Origin: a virus
Length of the DNA: 64,000 nt
Direction: 5' to 3' (one strand)
Virus record (IMG/VR): IMGVR_UViG_3300036818_000089
Span: 1-64,000 of that record
Below the pieces are notes generated by a model that saw nothing but the letters and a program-made list of their open reading frames with translations, ran no database searches and was not told where the DNA came from. How positions within the stretch are numbered: the first letter of the stretch is position 1; each line of letters begins with the position of its first letter. Position numbers and translations under genes: made by a program. Positions 55,116 through 64,000 of the stretch are shown here, in pieces.

Positions 55116-55526
55116 CTACGCTTTTGGGTCCGTGCGCCGCAGAATCCGGGCCAGGATCTGGTCGCGGATCCAGTGCATCTGCTGGTCGGTGAGGTTGCGC
55201 ACCTTCCGCAGGTCCCGGTAGCTGCGCTCACCCAGCCCAGCCGAGAACGCGAAGTCGATGGCGGCCTCCGTGCCGGCCCGCGCCGCGAGGTAGTTGAACT
55301 CCAGGGTGATCGATCCGGGGAACGCCAGGGGGATCGTGTATGCGTTGCCGTCGATGAAGAACAGCGGCTCGCGGGTGGTGAACCGCGGGTCGGTGTCCTG
55401 CGAGGTGTCCAGCTGCAGCGGGACGAGCCCCGCGGTCTGTACCGGGGGCACTGTCTCGTCGACGTCGCTGTCCGGAACCACAGCGGGTTCGCTTGGCTTG
55501 GCCTTTTTCCGTGTGGCGGTGGTCAT
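55116..55526 (-). CDS. tail assembly chaperone (G)
   Basis: Between major tail and tape measure; ends at slippery site. Confidence 0.8.
   Translation of the reverse strand: MTTATRKKAKPSEPAVVPDSDVDETVPPVQTAGLVPLQLDTSQDTDPRFTTREPLFFIDGNAYTIPLAFPGSITLEFNYLAARAGTEAAIDFAFSAGLGERSYRDLRKVRNLTDQQMHWIRDQILARILRRTDPKA
55122..55128 (-). other. Programmed -1 frameshift slippery site C CCA AAA
   Basis: Minus strand GAC CCA AAA GCG TAG; -1 frame reads PKSVALVQRLQQ into the downstream ORF. Confidence 0.8.
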
Positions 55527-55611
55527 CTACTGACCCCTTCTTTCGAATGGGCGGTGGTCAGCGGGCCAGCCGCAGCGCTCTACACGCCACGGCTGGCCTG
55601 CCGTGTCGCGG

Positions 55612-56184
55612 TTACGCGGTCTGGTCGACGACGTGAATGGGCGCGGTCGTGGGTGACACGTAGTGGGCGCCGAGCACTACGGGCACGAATGTCTGCTTGT
55701 CCTTGGCGTAGGTCATGTCGACTTTGCCGGTGTTCAGCACCCGCCTCATGATCACGCGCCGTCGGGCGTTGGGCACGGATGCGGGGGCGAAACCGTCGAG
55801 CATCGCCGCGATGTACGGAAGCTGGCTGGTCGCAGTGCCGGAGAACACTGGCTCGTAGACGGCGAAGTTCGCGCCCGTCGCCCCCACCGTGCTGTTGAGC
55901 GACAACGCCAAGTTCGCCAGGGTCGGCTCGGCGAGGTTGGAGGTGAGCGTGATGTCCCGGGCCGTGAGGCGGCGTCCGACGGTGTCGACGACCTGGTCGC
56001 ACGACAGCACGGTCAGGGTCTGGTCGACCTCCAACATCAGCCCGGAGTCCGTGGCGCCGGCGTCGGTCCACGCCGACGCGGCGGGCGCGGCGTTGACGGC
56101 GGCATCGGCCGGTTCGGTGGCGCCGAACGCGCCGGTGTACAGCACACCCGGACCCATGATCAGGTTCGCGACGGTGACGGACAC
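55612..56184 (-). CDS. major tail (tube) protein
   Basis: NL..GPG.LY.G.FG..EP, W.D.G.T..G, L.E.TL.NL. Confidence 0.85.
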   Translation of the reverse strand: MSVTVANLIMGPGVLYTGAFGATEPADAAVNAAPAASAWTDAGATDSGLMLEVDQTLTVLSCDQVVDTVGRRLTARDITLTSNLAEPTLANLALSLNSTVGATGANFAVYEPVFSGTATSQLPYIAAMLDGFAPASVPNARRRVIMRRVLNTGKVDMTYAKDKQTFVPVVLGAHYVSPTTAPIHVVDQTA

Positions 56185-56234
56185 GAGGTCCCTCCCTCTG
56201 TGTGGCCCAGGCGTCTACCGCCCGGGCGCGGTGA

Positions 56235-56615
56235 TCACTTCTTCTTGCCCCGGGTGGTGCGGGTGACAGCGATGCCCGGGTAGCGAGCCGCTACCCGGCC
56301 TTGGACCTGCTTCTTCTGCGCGGGCGTCCCGTTTTGTGCGACGCGGACGAGCGCGTTGCGGGCGTGGGCGGCGTCGTCGATGCGGTACTTCTTTGCGCCG
56401 GGCAGCCCGAAGTCGTTGCCGCCCATCTGGGCGCGGCCGGTTTTGGTGTTGCGGCGCCGGTTCGTCTTCGCCGACAGCCCCGACTTGCCGGTGGGCGCCG
56501 GGCTTTTGCCCTTCGCCGCCGTGGTCTTCTTCGCGCTGCCCGACGACTTGCCGCCGCTGCGGTTCGCGGTCAGGCGCTTGTCGGCGCCCGTGCCGCGGCT
56601 CGGCTTGCCGCCCAT
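56235..56615 (-). CDS. highly basic protein with DUF6582-like C-terminal domain
   Basis: K/R-rich N-terminus; FGLPG.KKY.IDD..HARNAL.RV.Q. Confidence 0.65.
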   Translation of the reverse strand: MGGKPSRGTGADKRLTANRSGGKSSGSAKKTTAAKGKSPAPTGKSGLSAKTNRRRNTKTGRAQMGGNDFGLPGAKKYRIDDAAHARNALVRVAQNGTPAQKKQVQGRVAARYPGIAVTRTTRGKKK

Positions 56616-56872
56616 CACGACCCCCTCCGCGGATCCCGGAACTGGCTGCGGTCCAGTTCGCCGTTCGGGCCCCACCGCACGGCCGCGAAGTCCGGCATCC
56701 GATGAAGCGGGAAACACTGGTCATCCGGCACCGTGGGCGGGATCTCGCGGGCCTCGATACCGGGCACCAGGAACTCGGCCTGGCCGGCGTCGTGGTGGGC
56801 GATGATCCGACCGAAATAGGTGAGGAAGTCGCGGGTATTCCGCGGCTCGTACAGCCCGTACCGGCGGCTCAC
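56615..56872 (-). CDS. hypothetical virion-region protein
   Basis: Coupled ORF. Confidence 0.55.
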   Translation of the reverse strand: MSRRYGLYEPRNTRDFLTYFGRIIAHHDAGQAEFLVPGIEAREIPPTVPDDQCFPLHRMPDFAAVRWGPNGELDRSQFRDPRRGS

Positions 56873-57321
56873 AGCTGCACCCACTTGAGCTGCAGGTCGA
56901 GGATGAAGTGGGCGTAGTCCCCGGCGTCCGCGTAGGCGCGCCGCGGCGGGGACAGCACCCACGCGCCGCTGACACGGGCGGGCGGGTAGCTGCCGGACAA
57001 GGTGACGTCCCGTGCTGGTGCGCTGCGGTCATGGGCGTGTAACCAGATCGCCGACGCGAGATTGTTGGCGGCGTTCCACGGCGGCCGCGCCGACGTCGCC
57101 GAATACGAGTACACGTCGACCGTGACCACCGGCCCGTTGAGCTGGTAGTCCGGGTTGTCCGCGCCGCCGACCGTGCGGGCGGTCACGAAACCCTGCTTGT
57201 CCGCCCACGCCGCCGGGGCCGGCAGGACAGCGCCGACCATGTCCGCGGTGATGCCGGGCACGGTGGCCAGCCACGCCTGCGCGACCAGGTCGGTGTTCGC
57301 GTACAGCGTCGGCGCGCTCAC
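56869..57321 (-). CDS. tail terminator
   Basis: Synteny and size. Confidence 0.7.
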   Translation of the reverse strand: MSAPTLYANTDLVAQAWLATVPGITADMVGAVLPAPAAWADKQGFVTARTVGGADNPDYQLNGPVVTVDVYSYSATSARPPWNAANNLASAIWLHAHDRSAPARDVTLSGSYPPARVSGAWVLSPPRRAYADAGDYAHFILDLQLKWVQL

Positions 57322-57644
57322 AGCGACCGCTCCCGGAACAACGCCGGCTTCATGTACGGCTGAGGCGGCTGGAACCGGCCGGTGCGCACCTTCACCCCGG
57401 ACGTGTTGACGTAGACGATCTCGTGGCCTTCCTCCACATACACCGAGTAGTCCTTGTCGGTCGACCCGACCCGGGTGGTGGTGTCATCGGTGCGGCCCCA
57501 GGTCAGGGACTCGTCCAGCGCTCCGGTGTCGATCGGGACGAGGACGTGCATGTCGGTCAGCACGTTGCGCGACACCTGGTCCTGCTTGTCCTGGCCGATC
57601 TTCAGCACGTGGTCGTGCCAGTCGCGTTCCTCAACGATTCGCAT
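57318..57644 (-). CDS. HK97 gp10-like neck protein
   Basis: VPIDTG.L..S, Y..YVE.G, PQPYM.PAL. Confidence 0.8.
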   Translation of the reverse strand: MRIVEERDWHDHVLKIGQDKQDQVSRNVLTDMHVLVPIDTGALDESLTWGRTDDTTTRVGSTDKDYSVYVEEGHEIVYVNTSGVKVRTGRFQPPQPYMKPALFRERSL

Positions 57645-57650
57645 GGCCAG

Positions 57651-58010
57651 TCACCCGCCCTGCTGGCTGAGGTCGATGCGCTTGAGTTCCACGTTCAGGT
57701 CGGAGGTCCAGGCCCAGCCGCCGCCCTGCGAGGAGGAGGTGACCTGGAAGGTGCGGCCGCCGGGCCCGTCTTCAACCAGGACGTCGTTGGTGCGCAGGTC
57801 CGTGTCCGACTGGACTGAGCACTCGTAGGTGCGGACCACCCGCACTGTTTGGGTGGCGGGGTCCCACGCACGTTTGGTGGTCTCCTGGATCGACACCAGC
57901 ACCCCAGCTGCGACCCGGTCGCTGGGATCGATCGACGCGACCTCGTCACCGAAAGCGGTTTCGGTGGTGCCGCGGTAGATGGCTGCGGTGCCGGTGGCGA
58001 GGGAGTACAT
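57651..58010 (-). CDS. head-closure/stopper protein
   Basis: Synteny; D.R.ND.L...F.V pattern. Confidence 0.65.
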   Translation of the reverse strand: MYSLATGTAAIYRGTTETAFGDEVASIDPSDRVAAGVLVSIQETTKRAWDPATQTVRVVRTYECSVQSDTDLRTNDVLVEDGPGGRTFQVTSSSQGGGWAWTSDLNVELKRIDLSQQGG

Positions 58011-58486
58011 CAGCCCCACCCCGCAGCCATCGGCGACCACGACTCGTAGGCGTCGTTCGCTGACGAGTCGGGGTCCGGGGAGATCGGGGACATACCGTCC
58101 TGGAACGGGGTCCGCACATGCAGGCTGCGGGATTTGAGCCAGGAGACGCGGCGCAGCGCCATCTTGGCCATCGGCGCGAGCATCAGCGACAAGTCCTTGA
58201 CGCCGATCGACCGGCGGCCTTCGGTGATGGCCTGGACATCCAGGCGGGTGAAGAAGTCCGGCTGCCCGGTGATCCACACGGCCTCGAACACCACGGCCCG
58301 CTTCATCCACTCCAGGTCCCGTGCACCGGTGCGCGGCGCGGCGATGGAGTAGATGCGGCCACCCAAAATTTCGATGACCGTGTTGGCGGTGCCGACGATC
58401 TCGTCGGTCACCTCCTGGCCGAGCAGGGCGAGTACGTCAGCCGGAGTCGCCCACGTCGCCTGCGTCGTCGGCTGCGTCACGGTCAC
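58010..58486 (-). CDS. head-to-tail adaptor
   Basis: WAT..DV..L.G; synteny. Confidence 0.7.
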   Translation of the reverse strand: MTVTQPTTQATWATPADVLALLGQEVTDEIVGTANTVIEILGGRIYSIAAPRTGARDLEWMKRAVVFEAVWITGQPDFFTRLDVQAITEGRRSIGVKDLSLMLAPMAKMALRRVSWLKSRSLHVRTPFQDGMSPISPDPDSSANDAYESWSPMAAGWG

Positions 58487-58976
58487 CCCCCGACCGGTGG
58501 ATCACCTTCGGGGTGATGGTGTCCTGCGGGGCGGTGTCGATCGACGCGGGGACCACGGCCACCTCGTAGGTGAGGTCCGTGAACTGGGAGCGCCGCACGC
58601 CGGACGCGTTGAGCGGTTCGTCGTGCTCCTCGACGCGGGTCAGATACACGTCGCCGCGGGCGTGCAGACCGCGCTGCATCGCCTCCTGGACGACACCGAC
58701 CGCGTTCGCCGTGTGCAGCTCGTCGCCGTCCGCCGGAGCCAACCGGCCGATGCGGATCGTCTTCACGAACCGGCCCGGTGACTGGCCGTCCGGGGACCGC
58801 TTGGCGATCTCCCGTTCGCGCCCCTCGTCGGTGCCGTCCGTGGCCGGGAACTGGCCCGGCTTCCCCTCAACCGGAAGGTTCGGCAACTCCGGTGACATGT
58901 CCAGGTCGTCAGCCCCACCGTCGGGCTTGGCCGTCCTGGCGCGGCTCGTACGCCGTGTGCTCCCGGTTGCTGCCAC
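58437..58976 (-). CDS. hypothetical virion-region protein
   Basis: ORF after capsid with AAAGG RBS. Confidence 0.6.
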   Translation of the reverse strand: MAATGSTRRTSRARTAKPDGGADDLDMSPELPNLPVEGKPGQFPATDGTDEGREREIAKRSPDGQSPGRFVKTIRIGRLAPADGDELHTANAVGVVQEAMQRGLHARGDVYLTRVEEHDEPLNASGVRRSQFTDLTYEVAVVPASIDTAPQDTITPKVIHRSGGDRDAADDAGDVGDSG

Positions 58977-59014
58977 TGTCCTGGACCTTTCCGATCGTCA
59001 CCGCTGGCTGGGGT

Positions 59015-59055
59015 GGTGGTGGGCGTGAGCGACCACCCCACGCACGCCCACCACC
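59015..59055 (-). terminator. Hairpin after major capsid gene
   Basis: GGTGGTGGGCGTG...CACGCCCACCACC. Confidence 0.55.
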
Positions 59056-59065
59056 GCTCGGGGAT

Positions 59066-60124
59066 TCAGCTGCCGGAGTTGTCCTCGAAGATCGAGAACG
59101 CGTTTTCGTGGCCGGGCGCGAAAGCGCGGCGGGAACGCATCTTGAGGATCGATTCGTCGGTCAGCGCGGCCAAACCGTTGCGGCCGTCGATGAACACCGA
59201 CTCCGGGCCGGAACGCACGCCCAGCAGGAGGAACATCCTGTTGCAGATGATGAACAGCGGGTTCCCGGCTGGGGTGCTCGTCGGGGCGGGCGACGTGCGG
59301 GCGCCCAGCGACCAGTGGATGGTGTAGCCGAACACGCGGTCCGGGGTTGCGCCCTGGCCGCCGCCGGGGAACCCGCCGGAGCCCTCCTGGAAGATCGGGC
59401 GCCCGTTGGTGTCCTTGATGCCGCGGAGCTTCCGCTTGTAGCGGGGGTGGGCGACGACCAGCGATTCGCCCTCGTCCCAGTAGTCGCCCTCTTCGACCTT
59501 GCCGACCGCGGTGTTCAGGCCGTCATAGCCGGTGCCCGCGCTCCCGGACTGGGTGATGTTGGCGTTGGCGGTGTAGCCGGTCGCGGAGTCGGTCTGGGAG
59601 AGGATGTAGTACAGGCTGTCGAACGCGCAGCCGGTGGTGCCCTTCGCTGCGGTGACCGCGAGACCGGCGTTGTCGAGGCCCTTGGCGTAGGCGGTGGCCC
59701 AGTCGGACATCTTGGTGTTGATGATGTCCGCCAAGCTGTCGTCGATGTCCTCCTCGGCGACGCGGACGGCCTTGCCGAACTTCTGCACCGCCAAGATCAC
59801 CTGGTCGTTGGTGGAGGTGTCCTCGCCGTACGTGCCGCCCTTCGACACGATGTCCACACCCACACCACCGCTGCGCGGGGTGGATCGGGTCTGGGTGTTC
59901 ATCGACACCCGCTGCGCGTACGCCTCCAACGCGGAACTCTGGCGCACCTTCGTGATCACATCGGATCCGAACTCCTCCGGGATCCAGGCGTCGAAGTTGT
60001 CGCGGGCACCGCCGCCCACACTGCGGATCGGACGCCCGTCCGGGGTGAAACCGATGACATCCCCGGCGTCGACATCAGGGACTCGCGGGTCGAACAGGGT
60101 GCGGGAACGAAGGGTCGCGGACAC
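59066..60124 (-). CDS. major capsid protein (HK97 fold)
   Basis: WIPEE...VI..V...S, L..IKD.NGRPIF, ILKMR.R..F; synteny. Confidence 0.92.
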   Translation of the reverse strand: MSATLRSRTLFDPRVPDVDAGDVIGFTPDGRPIRSVGGGARDNFDAWIPEEFGSDVITKVRQSSALEAYAQRVSMNTQTRSTPRSGGVGVDIVSKGGTYGEDTSTNDQVILAVQKFGKAVRVAEEDIDDSLADIINTKMSDWATAYAKGLDNAGLAVTAAKGTTGCAFDSLYYILSQTDSATGYTANANITQSGSAGTGYDGLNTAVGKVEEGDYWDEGESLVVAHPRYKRKLRGIKDTNGRPIFQEGSGGFPGGGQGATPDRVFGYTIHWSLGARTSPAPTSTPAGNPLFIICNRMFLLLGVRSGPESVFIDGRNGLAALTDESILKMRSRRAFAPGHENAFSIFEDNSGS

Positions 60125-60363
60125 GGCTGGGCGCCTCTCGGGATGGTGACGGGGGACTGGCGTCCGCGTCCCATCCGGGGCGCCGGGCGGTTACACGTCC
60201 CCGGCGCGTGGCCGGGGTGGTGCCCATCCGGGCGTTCAGTTGTCTTCCCCGTGCGGCGTGCCCATCCGGGCGGCTTGTCGGGGTTCGACTGGTGGAACCG
60301 TAGATCGGGGTTCCGTCACGCTGCTGAGCAGCGGAAATCTATGTGCGGGTGGGGCCGGGCTGG

Positions 60364-60714
60364 CTATCCGTTGGTGTCGCGGACACCGCAGTTGTCCGGG
60401 AAGTGCCACGTGCCGCCCGCGCGGTCGTCCTCGTCCTGCTGGGCGTCGTTGAAGAACATGCCGGTCGGGTTGAGCACGACGAGCGCGCACATGGCGGGCT
60501 CGTACTCCTGGATTTCGCCGCCGGACAGCAGGCCGCCGCCCTGCTGCGGGTAGACCTCAGCCACGACCGCGGCACGGCACTGCGACGTGAATGCTTGGCC
60601 GCCGTCCGGTTGGACGGGTGTGCCGTGGGCTACGTAGTGCACGGGGGTGTTCAGCCGCAACCGGGCGGGCCGGTCGTCGGGGTCGGGTGTGGCGACAGCG
60701 GTCGGGACGTCCAT
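60364..60714 (-). CDS. hypothetical phage protein
   Basis: VHYV.HG.P, CRAAVV, LVVLNPTG.FF, GGTWH motif. Confidence 0.7.
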   Translation of the reverse strand: MDVPTAVATPDPDDRPARLRLNTPVHYVAHGTPVQPDGGQAFTSQCRAAVVAEVYPQQGGGLLSGGEIQEYEPAMCALVVLNPTGMFFNDAQQDEDDRAGGTWHFPDNCGVRDTNG

Positions 60715-60793
60715 GGTGGCCTCCGGTTGTGGCGGGTCGAGGTCGTCGAGCCAAGGATCTCGACGGGCTTCTTGCGGAACGTGCGTGCGGCGC

Positions 60794-61609
60794 TCAATGC
60801 CGTGCCCGTTCGTTCATGGCCTGGACGTGCTTGTCGCCGGTGGTCTTCGGCGCCGGCTTGTCGTTCTTGCGGTCCGCCCCCGTGATCCGCCCCGCACGGC
60901 GACGCGGACGGTCCCGGTCCTTCGCGTCATCCTCGGCCGCTGGCTCGGTGAACAGTTCAGGGAACTCATCCACCAAGTCGGCGATCTGGTCATCGAGGCC
61001 GTCGACCTCCCCGGTCTCCAGATCGACGTCCAGGTCGTCCATTTCCAGCCGCCGGATCATGCGGGTCAGCCGGGCATCGGTCGGGTTCTGGAACTTCGCC
61101 TTGTGCAACGCCGTTGCGGCGGCCGCGCGGACCGCGACCGGCTTGAACTTGGCCATGGCTGCCTGCTCTGCCTTCTCTGCGGCTTCAGCGGCGTCGGCAT
61201 CCTGCTTGTCGCCGGACTGGTCGGCGGTGCGCTGTGCGGTGCGCTTATCCCGGCGGGCTTTCTGCGCTGCCTCGCGGTGCTTCTTCGCCTCGGCGTTCGC
61301 CGACTTCAGCGCGTCCTGGACCTTGGTCCACTCCTCTTTCGACGGCGGCTTCCACTCCTCTTCGTCCTCGTCGTCGCCGTCGTCCGCGTCTTTGTCCTCG
61401 TCGTCACCATCGTCGCCATCGTCGTCGGTCTTCTTCTTGCCGCCCTTGCCGCCGCCTTCGAGGTCCATCCCGGTGTCGTCGTCATCGTCGTCCTCAGCCG
61501 CGCCCAGCACGGGCCACACCGGGCGTCCGGCGACGTAGCCGATCGCCGCTAGCCCGGTGACGGGGTGGACAGGCATCAGGCTGCCCGGTGGGAGGGTGGT
61601 GGTGGTCAT
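60794..61609 (-). CDS. scaffolding protein
   Basis: Acidic N-region, L..AN.EAKK.R coiled coil, PELF. Confidence 0.85.
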   Translation of the reverse strand: MTTTTLPPGSLMPVHPVTGLAAIGYVAGRPVWPVLGAAEDDDDDDTGMDLEGGGKGGKKKTDDDGDDGDDEDKDADDGDDEDEEEWKPPSKEEWTKVQDALKSANAEAKKHREAAQKARRDKRTAQRTADQSGDKQDADAAEAAEKAEQAAMAKFKPVAVRAAAATALHKAKFQNPTDARLTRMIRRLEMDDLDVDLETGEVDGLDDQIADLVDEFPELFTEPAAEDDAKDRDRPRRRAGRITGADRKNDKPAPKTTGDKHVQAMNERARH

Positions 61610-61623
61610 GGTGGGGGGCCCTT

Positions 61624-62736
61624 CTACTTCGCGGTGACGGAACGTCGGGGGCGTGGGCGGGGTTGCGGGCCGAACGCGCCGCGGGCGATGGCGATGCGGG
61701 CACGCTGCTGCACCGACTTCGGCAGATCAGTGCCGCGGGCGAGCAGGTTTCGGGCTGCGACGAGCCGCACGGATTCGGATTCGGACGGCAGCCGCCAGCC
61801 GGTGAGGATGGACCGTTCGGCTTCGCGTCGGAGCGCTGTGGGCAGGTCGGGGCCGTTGTAGCCGGGCACGGAACCGCGCCAAACCTCTGCGCGGCATCGG
61901 CACCATGGGTGCCGCGGGGGTTGCCACAGGGCGGTGCCGGCCGGCCAGACGGCGAGCGGGCGGGTGCCGTAGGTGGCATCCCCGTCGAACGCGGCGTCGA
62001 CCGACACGGTCCCTGACAGTGCCAGACAAACTACGCACGCGTTGCGTTCTGCTACCCAAACCCGCCCAAACCCCAGTCTCCGGGCAGTGTCCCTGCTGCC
62101 TTGGTTCGCGGCGTAGTTCACCACCCAATGCGCGATCCGCTCCGCCCCGGTCGCAGCCGACATCGCGCGGGTCACGATGTCCGCGACCTCCGACCAGCGG
62201 CCGATCTCACCCAGCCCATACGCTTCGTGCGCGGCTTGGGAGAGCCGGTCCCGCATGGATGGCTCGATCCGCGACAGTTCGCGGCGCACCAGCGCGTCCA
62301 ACTGCTGGCCCAGATCGACGTGCCGGCGGATGTCGTCGACCTCGGCCGACAGATCCACACCCGGGTAGGCGTCGATGGCGGCCAGTTCGTCGAGGGTCTG
62401 CCGCCACCCAGTCTCCGCGGCCTTCACGGTCGCGGCCTCGACGCGCGACGCCACACCAGTCGGGTCGAGGTCCTCCAAACCGCGCAGCACATCGGCGGTG
62501 ATGATGGCCATCTCGATCGGGTTGGCCTGCTCGTGCAAACCACCGGTGGTGCGGACCCAGGTGGCCATCATGCGGCGCGTGAACCGCTGCAACTGCAACC
62601 GGAACGGCGCCAACGCGCGGCGGGCGGTCTCCTCGATCGCCAGGATTTCCGCGGCACGCTCAGCGAGGTGTTCCCAGCCCGGCGGTGTACGCGGAGGCTG
62701 CGGAACAGGCTGCTGAGCGGGCGTGGTGGTTGCCAT
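61624..62736 (-). CDS. MuF-like head morphogenesis/minor capsid protein
   Basis: WVAE..AC..C.AL.G...PP.HP.CRC; after portal. Confidence 0.8.
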   Translation of the reverse strand: MATTTPAQQPVPQPPRTPPGWEHLAERAAEILAIEETARRALAPFRLQLQRFTRRMMATWVRTTGGLHEQANPIEMAIITADVLRGLEDLDPTGVASRVEAATVKAAETGWRQTLDELAAIDAYPGVDLSAEVDDIRRHVDLGQQLDALVRRELSRIEPSMRDRLSQAAHEAYGLGEIGRWSEVADIVTRAMSAATGAERIAHWVVNYAANQGSRDTARRLGFGRVWVAERNACVVCLALSGTVSVDAAFDGDATYGTRPLAVWPAGTALWQPPRHPWCRCRAEVWRGSVPGYNGPDLPTALRREAERSILTGWRLPSESESVRLVAARNLLARGTDLPKSVQQRARIAIARGAFGPQPRPRPRRSVTAK

Positions 62737-62739
62737 GCG

Positions 62740-64000
62740 CTACCGGCTGCCGAGGGACACGTCATCAGCCAGCGACGGAGGCGGCGCCCCTTGGCCGCTG
62801 GCGGGTTCGAACGCGGGCGACCCATCGGTCTCGCCGCCGGTGTCGATGCCGACCTCACCGAGGAACGCCACGATGACCGTGCGGATCTCTTCCTCGCTGA
62901 ACATGCCGGTGGCCGCGGCCGCGGAGAACGCCTGCAGGGCGCCTGCGATCTTGATGAGCTGGTCGACCTTCTCCGGGATGTCGTCGCCCGGGTCGTCGCC
63001 GAACCACTCGTCGACCTGGTCCTTCAGATACCCGGCCTCCAGGAACGCCTGCTTGACCGGCATCCCCGCGTTGATCTTCGCGACGACGACCTGCCAGCCC
63101 TCGACATCGTCCACGATCGACGGGGACTTCCACTGCACGTCGACCTTCACGTGCTCCCACTTGCCCGGCATCTCCGGGTGGTCGGGGTTGCGGCCAGCGA
63201 TCCGCAGCGCGAACTCCAACTGCTGGCGCAGGGTCGCGCCGAACGACAACTGCAGACGCCGGATCTTCTTCGTGAACGGGCCGTCCTCGCGGCGTCGCGC
63301 TTCACCGGACGGCGGGTTCTGGCCTTCCGGGTCCATCAGGTACATGGGGGTTTCGCTGATCTGGGCGCCACCCCGAAGGTAGAGTTCGATCGGCTTAAGG
63401 AACGTGTCGGGGTCGGCCTCGGCGAACTGGCCGACCGACTTGACCCGCTGCAGCCACCACAACGCCCCCGGCTCCCCAGACAACTGAGACTGGGGGTCGC
63501 CGCCGACATGGGTCGTGGCGCCCGTGTCGAGGGGGATGGCGAACTCGTCCTCGTCGAGGCTGGCGATCTCGGACGAGTCGGCGTCTTCCGCGCCGATCGC
63601 GTACCGCTGCGGAAGCGACTGGTAGTCGACCCCCGACATGTGGCTGATGATCAGCTTGTGGATGGCGTCCTGCGCGCCGTAGAAGTCCACGTGGACCGGC
63701 CGGCCGTAGGGGCGTGCGGTGCGGTAGTGGAAGACGGGGATCTCGCCGAACGGGTTGTCGATCGTGGAGTCCTGGTCGTCGCCGTCGAACTCCTCCAGCT
63801 CGTGCGCTTTCGGGGCCAGCACACCCGGCTTGGAGATGTAGCGTTCGATCCGGTCCGGGTAGTACAGGTCCACGCGGACTCGTTTGACGTTCGACAGCAT
63901 CCACCGTTTGATCGCGAACGCCTTACGGCGCGGCTTCTCCGGGTCGTAGAACAGGCGCACCGACATCGGGGAGTTGTAGAACATGTCCACATTGAGGTAG
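62740..64000 (-). CDS. portal protein (SPP1 gp6-like), 5' truncated
   Basis: NPFGEIPVFH, PQRY, SGEA.R..D motifs; synteny. Confidence 0.9.
   Translation of the reverse strand, partial: YLNVDMFYNSPMSVRLFYDPEKPRRKAFAIKRWMLSNVKRVRVDLYYPDRIERYISKPGVLAPKAHELEEFDGDDQDSTIDNPFGEIPVFHYRTARPYGRPVHVDFYGAQDAIHKLIISHMSGVDYQSLPQRYAIGAEDADSSEIASLDEDEFAIPLDTGATTHVGGDPQSQLSGEPGALWWLQRVKSVGQFAEADPDTFLKPIELYLRGGAQISETPMYLMDPEGQNPPSGEARRREDGPFTKKIRRLQLSFGATLRQQLEFALRIAGRNPDHPEMPGKWEHVKVDVQWKSPSIVDDVEGWQVVVAKINAGMPVKQAFLEAGYLKDQVDEWFGDDPGDDIPEKVDQLIKIAGALQAFSAAAATGMFSEEEIRTVIVAFLGEVGIDTGGETDGSPAFEPASGQGAPPPSLADDVSLGSR

Larger units (their letters stand above)
1..64000. mobile_element. Siphovirus-type actinophage/prophage, probable phage-plasmid (truncated at both window ends)
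   Basis: Continuous phage-like gene content: portal-capsid-tail-lysis module, recombination and replication genes, ParA, no host housekeeping genes. Confidence 0.93.

Noticed and set aside
1-64000. Many long overlapping or antisense ORFs in the track (e.g. 41356-43224+, 58778-60553+, 20246-21604-, 53459-54967+)
   Set aside because: Shadow frames of high-GC genes; Arg/Pro/Gly-rich with no motifs, opposite well-supported genes
1-64000. tRNA, rRNA, IS elements, reverse transcriptase/DGR
   Set aside because: No recognisable cloverleaf, transposase or RT motifs by eye; a tRNAscan/HMM run would be needed to exclude them fully

Overview
The whole window reads as one high-GC temperate actinophage genome, probably from a filamentous actinomycete (inferred from TraB/Spd-like, WhiB, DUF5753/DUF397 genes). 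It is truncated at both ends. Layout: (1) 1-10.8 kb, leftward accessory arm with a JAB peptidase, DUF1643, a dpdA-like + yhhQ-like cassette, a dual-frame C5-methyltransferase lacking motif I and an ASCH protein. (2) 10.9-16 kb, glycosyltransferase/methyltransferase/epimerase cassette. (3) 17.4-25 kb, Cro-like HTH, YqaJ, Sak4-like ATPase, DUF5131 and HNH. (4) 25.3-26.7 kb, ParA plus small partner behind two perfect 22-bp palindromes. (5) 27.6-37.3 kb, actinomycete-type conjugation module (FtsK-like TraB, lytic transglycosylase, Spd-like membrane proteins, WhiB, divergent HTH regulator, PP2C-like). (6) 37.7-38.8 kb, replication initiator with an internal lambda-like iteron origin. (7) 41.4-64 kb, leftward siphovirus lysis, tail and head genes up to the portal. 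No integrase is visible. The main hypothesis is a phage-plasmid that may also transfer by TraB conjugation. A sense-oriented intergenic motif CCGTCACCACA recurs in the early, transfer and lysis modules and supports the modules being one unit. Family assignments come from motif recognition by eye, not from database searches.
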